From contig CM119265.1 of the NCBI GenBank assembly GCA_051294375.1, positions 1,601,248-1,665,247 on the forward strand: a DNA stretch of 64,000 nt, given 5' to 3'. Below are positions 54,529 through 64,000 of the stretch, in pieces. A model generated the notes under the pieces. It searched no databases. It worked only from the letters and a program-made list of their open reading frames with translations, and was not told where the DNA came from. Position 1 is the first letter of the stretch. Every line of letters starts with the position of its first letter. The position numbers were made by a program, and so were the translations under genes. The DNA comes from Paraspadella gotoi (taxonomy: Eukaryota > Animalia > Chaetognatha).

Positions 54529-54571
54529 GACGCTGAAGAAGGCTTGTAACTAAAGCCGAAACATGTACGTC
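54529..54571 (+). ncRNA. Minimal type I hammerhead ribozyme (Penelope-type)
   Basis: GACG-CTGAAGA-A-GGCTT[gtaacta]AAGCC-GAAA-CATG-TA-CGTC; palindromic stem III ACATGT; predicted cut after A54567. Confidence 0.88.
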
Positions 54572-55043
54572 CTTATGTACTAATAAAATCGTTGTTGCAA
54601 ATAAACTCAAACTTATTTCTACTAATCCAAACACAACGAAAAGAAAGGAAATTCGCTATACTTTTTTTGTTAACAAAAATAACATAAATTATCGTTGTTG
54701 AAGAAAAATCTAAATCTTTTTCGTCAATTATCAAAAACAGAAGAAAAATAAAGAAACAAACAAACATTTTTTTTATTCAAAATTTCTCCAGACCTGTCCG
54801 AGTCCATAGCGGAGACTTTCCTGTAGAAGCTGACGGTTTCTTCCTTCCTTCAGACATCGGAATTAATTTCGAGTCTTGATTTTGACCCTCGTTGTTGTTG
54901 ATGTTGTTGTTGTTGTCGTCGTTGTTGTTCAAAAACCCGACTCTTCTCTTTCCTTCTTTGACTCTCAAAATGTAACCCGGTTGGATCACGGAATCTCCGG
55001 GGCTTTCGAGGTCAGAATAATGTAAATGTAAATGTAATGTATA

Positions 55044-55288
55044 TGTAGCGAGACATTGACCCGGTTCAAACCCGGCAATTAATCAGGGTTCCTTCACGCT
55101 GGTCGTTGAACAAAGCCGTCAGCAAGGTGTACCGGATTTAATTCCAACCTGGTATCGGCCTTCCGGGAAGCGTGAGGGTTAATTTGGGGCCGTAATGAGC
55201 CCCATCCCTGGTTCCAAGCCCAGGACCCGTTCAATGGCCGCTTGAGAGGGCAAAAGATGTTGTTGTTCATCCTACTTAGGCGCCGACA
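55044..55288 (+). mobile_element. Diverged family B-related solo-LTR-like repeat
   Basis: TGTAGCG start, ..GCCGACA end, GGGAAGCGTGAGG and CCTGGTTCCAAGCCCAGGACCCG. Confidence 0.65.
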
Positions 55289-55425
55289 AAATGATCTCGA
55301 AAAATAAGTAAACTTCTTACTTAACTGCATCTACAGTTAATTCCGTTTATTCAGTTTCCTTCTCATACATATATGTATTATATAATTGCCAATATACCGA
55401 CATAACGTATTTAATCCATGTGCCA

Positions 55426-55685
55426 TGTGCCACTAAGTGAGCTGAATAGAACTATCACAAACCCCTCGAGCAGCCATGGAACGGGTCCTGGGCTTGGAAC
55501 AAAGCTTGAGGGTTTTCCACACACCCAAGGCGGTTTAGGGACGTCCTCACGCTTCCCGCGGGGTAGGTATCATTGGGGATAGATCCCGGTCATATGGTCA
55601 TGAGCTGACGGTATTACTCAATGAGACACCGAGTGACGACTGAAGGATTATAGACGGGTTGAACTTATTGCAATGCTCGACTACA
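55426..55685 (-). mobile_element. Family B solo-LTR-like repeat with full-length twister-like motif at 55482-55558
   Basis: Minus strand: CGGG-AAGC-GT-GA-GGA-CGTCCC-TAA-AC-C-GC-CTTGGG..CTCAAG-CTTT-G-TTCC-AAGC-C-CAGG-A-CCCG. Confidence 0.75.
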
Positions 55686-55824
55686 TATATATGTAATATC
55701 TAATAATATACCTCCAAAGCCTGTCCAAAGTCAGGGGCAAGATAGCTTATTTATTAAATGAATGGATAATTTTTATATTGGTTGTACCAATTTCATATAT
55801 ATATACTCCGTAGATAATTTTCAT

Positions 55825-56373
55825 CTACCGATAAAACCCCGGATGTAATCCGGCTCCGCGCCGCCGCTCCCCGACGCCGCCGCGCAGACTCGAGGATGAT
55901 TTCCAAATCGGCGCCGCGTGTCGCGTCGAGTCGGCGCCGCCTGGAATCGCGTTGGCGCCGCAGAGGGTCAAGCAGGCGGCGCCGGAAACGGGAAAGGCGG
56001 TACCGCCGATCGGTGATCCGACGCCGGACGCCGGACGAGCGTCGAAACTCAGTCCGCCTCTCCGTCCGGCTTCTTCCGCGGATCGGCAGCGTTCCTGCTG
56101 CTGCCGCTGCTTAGTATGGGAGATCTGCTGCAGCGGAAGCTGCGTCTCTCCTCGACGCAGCGGAGCAGCGGGACGACGCTGAGGCTGCTCGGGCGGAGGC
56201 GGCGGCGACGGCTTTCGCCGCAGGAAGGCGGGTTTGGTTTTTAGCGTCATAGTAGGGATTGGCGTTGAAGATGGCGTAGCGTTTGGCGTGGCGGTTGGCG
56301 TAGATGACATTGACGGGGACGTTGGGGTTGCGTCGTCGTTGTTGTCGTCGTCGTCGTCGCGACGTCGATTCAT
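55825..56373 (-). CDS. Putative low-complexity ORF/exon, unknown protein
   Basis: 182-codon GC-rich frame coinciding with a GC island; no recognisable domain. Confidence 0.4.
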   Translation of the reverse strand: MNRRRDDDDDNNDDATPTSPSMSSTPTATPNATPSSTPIPTMTLKTKPAFLRRKPSPPPPPEQPQRRPAAPLRRGETQLPLQQISHTKQRQQQERCRSAEEAGRRGGLSFDARPASGVGSPIGGTAFPVSGAACLTLCGANAIPGGADSTRHAAPIWKSSSSLRGGVGERRRGAGLHPGFYR

Positions 56374-57328
56374 TTATTCTTTTCTTTTACTTTTTTCCTT
56401 TTTTTTTCTTCTTCAAAATGTGCGATCAAGTGCGATCAATATGCGAACGAATACAGTCAGGCGCAACCCAGGGTCGTCAGTGCAAAGTGAGAGAAGCGAA
56501 CAGGTGCCAAGTGAAGGCAGATGCAAACGGGGGGAGGTGCGGGTAAAGGCGCAATCGAATGCAAAGTGACGAAGTGTGGCTGAAAAAGAAAGAAAATTGA
56601 TTTTTGAGAATTTAAATTTATTTAATCAAGTAATTCAGTTATTTTAACACATCATATTATTAATATTTCATATGAATGGATATAATTTTTTTATCTTAAG
56701 TAAAAAACCATTTAATGTTACGACTTACGAAAATGGATCCGAAAAAAAACCAAAATGATTAATAAAATATCAAATTAGAGTCTAATTTAGACGACGGAAT
56801 ATCTCTTGAGAATAGAATATAAATGATTATGATTAATTTTTAATAGCGATGTTTTTGTTTTAAAAATTTCTAATAATATTTTGGTTTTGTCTTTTGTCCT
56901 TTTTTGAAAAAGAAACTTCGAAAGTAAGTTAATGCCATCTCGTGTCGATCCCCGAAGAAAATTTTTTTCGATCAAACAAAAACGCGCGAATTCGAACGCC
57001 ATCAAAGTTGCGATAAAAAATATCTCAATTAATTTCTACTTTTCCATATTATTTAAATTGTCATTTACATGAAAAATAAGGATTATATTTTGTAAAAACA
57101 AAGATATATCGTCACAACGTCACAATGTCCGCTTATGTCGTGCACATTGTGCACTAAGGCGTAGTGAAAGTTACATACGAAAATTTAAAGTCATTATGAA
57201 CAACATACCATCAGTAAACATTAATTTGTAAAAAAAATTAATTTTATGTTTTTTTTAATTTTCGCAGTAGGCTATATTATATATATAGTACTATCCTTAT
57301 AAATTCGAAAAATTTCAAATAAGCTTAT

Positions 57329-57585
57329 TGTGGCGTATATTCACACCGCCTCACGTCCACCATTCTGTCAGCCAAACCAATGGCTCAGAGGGGGAAACAT
57401 ACCATCCAGGCGTACTGTGCTTCCATCCACAGTCCTAACAACTTCCCTCTGTGTTGGCAAGCGAGGACCGTCCTAGGGTAACGCGCCAGTGACTGGAGGC
57501 GTCACTGAGGGTCGGAAGCCCCAAAGCCCAACCGTGAGGAGCCCCATCCCCAATGGGCCATCACAGGCAACCGGCTGTTGCCATA
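57329..57585 (+). mobile_element. Family C solo-LTR-like repeat with twister-like motif at 57453-57532
   Basis: TGTGGCG start; GA-CCG-TCCTAGGG-TAA-CG-C-GC-CAGTGAC..GTCACTG-AGG-G-TCGG-AAGC-C; P5 GTTGG/CCAAC. Confidence 0.75.
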
Positions 57586-58238
57586 TTATCTTAATTTTGA
57601 TTCAGATTAATTCCTCGTCAAAGTGTGATAAAGAAAATAGAAATCATTTTTAAAAATTCTTTCATTAAGTGGGTTAAAAATAAAAAAAAAATATAATTTT
57701 AATATATAAAAAGTTTAAATTTTCAGCTTAAAAATAGCTTTTTTCTAATTTTGAACCACTTAATGAAGGAATTTTTCAAAAAGAATTATATTTCTTTTTA
57801 ACATTTATTGATTTAGTACTAAAATAAATATGGCCTACTGCGTAAATTGTAAAATTTATTATAAATTTTTTTATTACATAAATGTTCATTAATATAATGT
57901 TGTTCGTTCCTCACTTTTAGAATTTTAATTAAAGTTAAATTTAGAAATTTTACTACGCTTTATTGTGCACAACCATCGCCGATTGTCAAATAATTGTCGT
58001 TCATTTTAACTTAAGCAGAATTCGAAATAAAAGAACATCAAAGTGACATGAAACGTTCGACATTTAAACTTTTAAACTAAGTTTAAATCGATGTGAAAGT
58101 TAAAAAATTAAATTGTAAACCGAAAATAAACCGTTTTTTAAAAAAAATAAATAAAATAAAAAGGATCGATAAAAATAGGGTGAATCGATTCGATGCTATT
58201 TTCGTCTCTCAAACTAAGAAGGTAAGTTCGTTACTTAC

Positions 58239-59730
58239 CGAGTCCCTCCGCCACGAGTGCGGTGCCAGAGGAACTTCCCAAGGCGTGTTTCCACTGAGAA
58301 AGCGCCGCTAAGCGGTAGTTTTTAGTTGCTATTTTGTTTAAATTATTAAAAGAATATTAATAGAGGTTTGATTAATATAGACCCGCCCCCGAGAGATGGC
58401 GGATTTGCGATGGAAAGAGAAAAAAAAAGAACAACGCATCTTGAAAATGATTTTAAAAAGATTTAATAGTTAAATGATTAGGTGATCCTTAGTCGGTAGA
58501 ATTGAAAGTTTAAGATTGAATTGTTTAATATTATTATCTTTAGATTTTTCTTGGACGTGATCTCAATTTTTTTTGGTAGTTCACTTTGGTATTAATTTTA
58601 AACTTTAAAACAGTTTTTGTAAGGTATTTTTTACAGTGGGGTTTATCTTGAATAACTTTATAGGATTTTTTCATGCCATCGTCTTTTATCATGCCCTTTT
58701 GTAAATTTTTACATATTGTTCATTCACTCGATTCTTGTTAATTCGATTATTACGAACATGTGTACATCTAAATGTACTTACAGTTTATATGAAAAGCTGT
58801 GGACAAACATGCCACTGAAACATTTTCTGTCGTCAAGGGAAAAAAATACCGATTTAAGGTAAATATGATAAATTTCTAATTGTCGTTTTAAAAACTCAAA
58901 AAGTTATGTTGGTTGGACATTCAGAATTCATGCATATTTTCATTAAACATAAAAAACAGAGTTGAAATATAAATATATTTCAACTTTATTTTTTTGTATT
59001 TTGTTATGGATTTTGTTTGAAATTAGACTCGGAAAAGTCATGCACAACCGTATTCATCACCGTATTCATAACCGTATTCATCACCTGCGAAGCTCGTGAA
59101 CAACGCTGTCATTTTCAAATTAAAAAAAAATGCAGTGGGATCGATATTTTATTGTCACAAAGGAATCCTAATTATCAATCCTATAAAGATTCAATGAGAT
59201 AGGTATTTTATTGACACGAAGGAATCCTAATTATCAATCCTATAGAGATGCAGTGAGATAGATATTTTTATAGACACGTAGGAATCCTAATCATCTATCC
59301 CATAAAGATGTAGAGGATCGGTATTTTTATAAAGACATAGGAATGCCAATTATCAATCCCATAAAGATGCTGTGTATTTTTATAAACGCTTAGGAATCTC
59401 AATTAGAAATCCAAATTTGAAAATCATTATCATTATCGTACATATTATTTTCTTCGGATATTTTATGTTTTGTGAAATTCAGGTTAACGTTTAATTGAAT
59501 GTGTACTCACACGTACTTGGAGCTGGGATATGATTTCCATGAACTTCAGTCGTCGGATTAGAAATTCGTCTCACAACAGCAGAACCGGGATAATCGGGAC
59601 CACGGTAGGCGCCTGGATTGATTGATTGATTGATTGATAATTGATAGGCCCTCTTGATTGATCATTTGATTTGCTACTAATGATTTATTGGCGACTCACT
59701 GTGAAGTGAGGAAAAATTTGTCTGTCTCTG

Positions 59731-59803
<73 letters not shown>

Positions 59804-59951
59804 TGATGCTGACGTCTCCCTCGTCGCCGCCCCAGACGACCCGCCGGATCTCGACGAGGCTGAAGTGGCGGAAGTTCCGGAAATGCCGATGGAAGAGGCG
59901 GAACCTGAATCAAGGGGGGAGAGGGGGGAGTGAAATTTAGTGACCGATGGA

Positions 59952-60020
<69 letters not shown>

Positions 60021-60053
60021 AAATTTATGGAAAACTGATGAGACAAGAGAGAG

Positions 60054-60089
<36 letters not shown>

Positions 60090-60123
60090 CGAAAATTTAA
60101 GGAAAACTGGTGAGACAAGAGAG

Positions 60124-60194
<71 letters not shown>

Positions 60195-60235
60195 AGAGAG
60201 AGAGAGAGAAAATTTAGAAAACTGGTAGCAAGAGA

Positions 60236-60317
<82 letters not shown>

Positions 60318-62879
60318 AAATTTAAGGAAAACTGGTTAGACAACTTGTTCGTCTTTCCTATTTCTGAATCTCGAATTTAATTTATTTTTAGAATAAAATA
60401 ACAGAAATGAATAATTTAAACTTTCAAAAATGTTTAACTCTTCTTGCCTTACTGATTCCATTGACGTTCGCTCGAGCGGGTAAGTCTTTCTTTACATTAA
60501 ATTTAGAAAAAATAACAAAAACATCACCCAGTAGCTGACTCAAATATCACCAAGCGTCATTGTATACAAAGAAATGTTTTCATTTGATTAATTTAACTTT
60601 TGACCGGCAATTTTTCAATAAAGTTTCTCTCATATAGTCATATTGTTTCCACTTCTTTGTCAATAACGTGGGAAGTTTCTTAAAATAATCCATTCTTATC
60701 TCAAATAATCATACATACTCTCAACATTTCTCAGTCGAACCAACGCCGGACGCCTTTGTGGATAAATTTCTCTCGATATTTCGGCCTAAAATCTCCAAAG
60801 ATTTGGATCCAGTGATTCTGCCAACGGCCGACGCCAAATTTGAAAAGAATCTTTACTTGGCGACGATAGAGGGAGAAGCAAAGGCTTACGATGGCCGACT
60901 CTATGGGCTGAGCAGCCTTCAAAGGTTGGCATAGCGTTTGCAGTTTGAAAGGTTTTTTATCCGGATCTGCTTAATGTCAATTAAATTAAATCATATTATC
61001 AGATTCGGCCGCGCAGTCGTTTTAAATGCTGAGAATGGAACCACGATCGATGTCGTCCTGAGACTAAAAAATATCGATGCTGGTTACAAGTAAGATTAAA
61101 TCAAATTAGAATATGATCAAAAGTTAGGTTAGATTAAGACTTATAGGTTAAGTTGAATTAGAATATAATAAAAAGATAGGTTGGATTACGTAGATTATTT
61201 TTTTTTTCCCCCAAAGTAAATTTTGGATTAACTCGGGGAGAGAAACGTGAGCGTTTTTCGGACATATTTTTTAAAAGAACCCCATTTCAGCCTAATTTCA
61301 ATTTTCAAAGTTAAATTAGTTTTTAGTTTTAAAAAATAGATTAATGGTTAAGGATAGAGGATTGAGTGAAGATAGGGTTGAAGATTTGGTTAGGGATTAG
61401 TGGATGAAGTTTGGGTTAGAGATTAGGTTAACTAAAATGATTATTAAATATTTTTAGGGGACTATAAACCGAAAAGTGGCGCTTTAGGAACATAGTGCCT
61501 TTCTTTGTTTCAGAGTTAGCGCGACCTTATTGGGAGCAGGAATTTGGCTGAAAGCGACCGTCAACGTTTCAACGGCGTTGATCCAAATGAAGATGTGGCA
61601 GGTGACAACTGCTTGGTTGCCGCTTATCAAGTCTGTCCAAAGCTTCCTTCTCGGTCTTACAAGCTTCGCTTGATCGTATAGGAAATTTCGTTTTATATGA
61701 GATTGGTACTATCAATGTAAAAAGTATCCTAATAAGTATCCTAATAAGCTATCTTGCCCCTGACTTTGGACAGGCTTTGGTGGTTTAAGGCCTCCATCAC
61801 TCTTACAAGATAATGACTAAATATTCCCAGATTACCGAGTTTTCCTATCAATGATCACTCACTCACNNNNNNNNNNAAGATAATGACTAAGCATTCCCAG
61901 AGTAAATCGAGCGAAGGACATCCCCTCTAACATTGCGGATGTCCCCACCTTTAGCGGGTCTAAAAGCTTGCTTTTCAGATCCGGCGGTTGGCTTGCTTAA
62001 CCAGCCCGTCGCTCATTATGCTTGGACCGTCCGGTCCAGGTCTTGAACCCGGGACCATGGAATTATGGAAGATGAAGCGTTAGCCCAGTGCGCTATCAAG
62101 TCCCTGAAGGAAAGAACGGTCCTTTCCAACGGGTAGTGATATTACGTCATCACAACTACAAATTTAAGTTTCTGCTTTTTCTCATTCTTTCAGGCTTCCG
62201 AAAAACATTCTCATTTAAACTTGACGAATTTCCAAATCGAAAAAATCGGCTCAGTTTCCGTCGACATCAAAATTTTAGGAATTCCCGGATTCTTAGATTT
62301 CTTGAATTCAATTTTCGATTCCATCGTCACTTTTCTCACCAATTTGGTGAAAAACGCAATTGCTTCTGCCATCGACGAACCGTTGAGGAAATTGTTGGCG
62401 ATGGAATTGGCAAAGGTCTCTCTGCCAGATGTTTGGTCGTGAAGATGGGGAGAAAAAGCGAAGAGGCGTGATTGTGAAATGTGCATATGAAAAAATGTGC
62501 AAGGTGTGATTTGCATAAGAAAATGTGTAATAACCAATTGAAAAATGTCATAATGTCGAGAAAAAAACTTTTTCCCCATGATTTTCAAAATATAAAAGAG
62601 AAAACGAGGAAAATGCCTATACATAATATTATTTAAATTTAACAGATGCAGAGAAACTCAAAAGCCATACATGTGAAATTTTGTACCATTATTGTATTAA
62701 ATCTAAGATGATATTAATTCCTGTGTTTGTGAAGTCTTTTTTTGAAGATTTAAAAAAACGAGTTAAAATTTTAAGACGGTAGTCCCGTCACGAATATATA
62801 CAGACGTGAAATTACATAATTTATTCACGGTCAAACTAATCGGTGAATCTCACCAGGATTCGATCCGCCGTGAGCCATC
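58239..62879 (-). CDS. Putative spliced gene of unknown product (candidate exons ~62879-62855, 59905-59802, 59612-59517, 58307-58239)
   Basis: Small GC-rich islands bounded by AG acceptors and GTGAGA/GTACGT/GTAAGT donors; reading frame ambiguous. Confidence 0.4.
59135..59410 (+). repeat. ~60-bp minisatellite
   Basis: About five units of 'aggaatcctaattatcaatcctataaagatgcagtgagatagatattttt'. Confidence 0.8.
60407..62442 (+). CDS. Secreted group 7 mite allergen (Der p 7)-like / TULIP lipid-binding protein, 228 aa, 5 exons
   Basis: Exons 60407-60479, 60735-60924, 61003-61089, 61514-61601, 62194-62442, all GT-AG and phase-consistent; signal peptide MNNLNFQKCLTLLALLIPLTFARA; LDPVILP, G.LYGLSSLQR motifs and a long amphipathic C-terminal helix. 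Confidence 0.8.
61751..61811 (-). ncRNA. Type-P5 twister-like ribozyme (family E), best-preserved copy
   Basis: Minus strand: ATCTTG-TAAGA-GT-GA-TGG-AGGCCT-TAA-AC-C-AC-C[AAA]G-CCT-G-TCCA-AAGT-C-AGG-GG-CAAGAT; 3' fragments also at 55711-55746 and ~13363-13380. Confidence 0.8.
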
Positions 62880-63763
62880 GTCGTCGTCGTCGTCGTGAGT
62901 TCACCGGTAGAAGACGACGGCTGTTTTGTTTCGCAAAACAGAAACGAAACGAAAGAAAAACGAACAACGAGACAATCAAACAAAAACATAAAAAATGAAT
63001 TTTGAAAAAAAAAAATCCAGATTCGTCGTTTGATGCGTTTAAAAAAAAAGAATAAGAAGAAAAAATTAAGTGAGATTCATAATCGGATGGAATTAATCTA
63101 CAAGCTTTGCCAAGCAAAATATTTTCCTGCGCGTCGTCGCTGGGATTAAAATGATAATGATAATGATATGGATTATGATCGTTATTAATGAATATCGCGT
63201 CAGCTTCTCGATGAGCGAGAGTGTGAGATAATTTGAAGGCGGGAAAATTATACAATACTCTACGTGGTGGCGTTTTTTTTTTTCCGCAAATTAGGAAACG
63301 GAGGCAAAGATCCATTCATAGCCAGAATATTGTAAGAGTGATAAGTGAGTAGAGAGAAGAGAGAGAGAAGAAGATGAGAGAGAGAGAGAGAAGGAGAGAG
63401 AGAGACGAGAGAGAGGATAGAGATAGTAGTTAAGAGAGAGAGAGAGAGAGAGAAGAGACAGAAGGATTTTACGAAAACTGTATCACGAGTTTATCGTCAG
63501 AGAGAAGTATAGAGAAAGAGAAATAATGTAAAATGAAAAGAGGAGAAGGAGAAGAGAAGAGAGACGGGGACCAGAAGAGACATAGAAGACGAGACGAGTA
63601 GCAGGAGAGAGATGCAAGATAGATGTCGCTGATCATCTGCGCTGAAAAAAAAGATTTTAACAACAAGACCGATCAGGACGGAGAGAAAAAGAACGACGAC
63701 GACGAACGGCGACGGGTGGGACGACGATACGTATGAACGAAGCAAGCACCCGTTCTTCTCTCT

Positions 63764-63818
<55 letters not shown>

Positions 63819-64000
63819 GTCTCTCTCTCTCTCTCTCCTCTCTTCTCGGCATTAATGGGTCATGTTCGTTCTTGTCAACCGAAAGGTCAAAATGAAAATC
63901 AGCGTAAGATGCGTAACAAGGTCATTTGATTACGAGGGAGAAGGAGAGAGAGAGGAGAAGAGAGAGAGAGAGGAGAGAGAGAGAGAGGAGAGAGAGAGAG

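Larger units (their letters stand above)
54419..54618. repeat. Perfect palindrome (98-bp arms, 4-nt spacer) of a Penelope-like terminal repeat
   Basis: 54419-54516 is the exact reverse complement of 54521-54618. Confidence 0.93.

Overview
AT-rich, intron-rich animal DNA, probably from an arthropod given the group-7-allergen-like gene. It comes from an error-prone assembly with N gaps, 1-bp indels and large duplicated blocks. Protein genes: a multi-exon LRRC49 orthologue on the minus strand (about 50.3 kb down to 23.1 kb), a divergent Q50 homeobox present twice, a complete 5-exon secreted Der p 7/TULIP-type gene (60407-62442), and several uncertain low-complexity exons. Two tRNA-Thr(AGT) genes and one truncated copy lie inside LRRC49 introns. 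The main observation is a set of short repeat families, at least six and with more than 15 copies or fragments, that carry a circularly permuted (type-P5) twister-ribozyme-like fold. Both pseudoknots covary between families, and in the best-preserved copies P1 is a short palindrome, which points to cleavage as dimers. One complete element (31328-31961) is a miniature LTR retrotransposon with CCAT target-site duplication, a tRNA-Trp-like PBS and a PPT; its LTRs hold a tRNA-derived Pol III head plus the twister, i.e. a candidate 'twister retrozyme'. A perfect 200-bp palindrome carrying two Penelope-type minimal hammerheads lies at 54419-54618. All folds and homologies were identified by eye and are untested.
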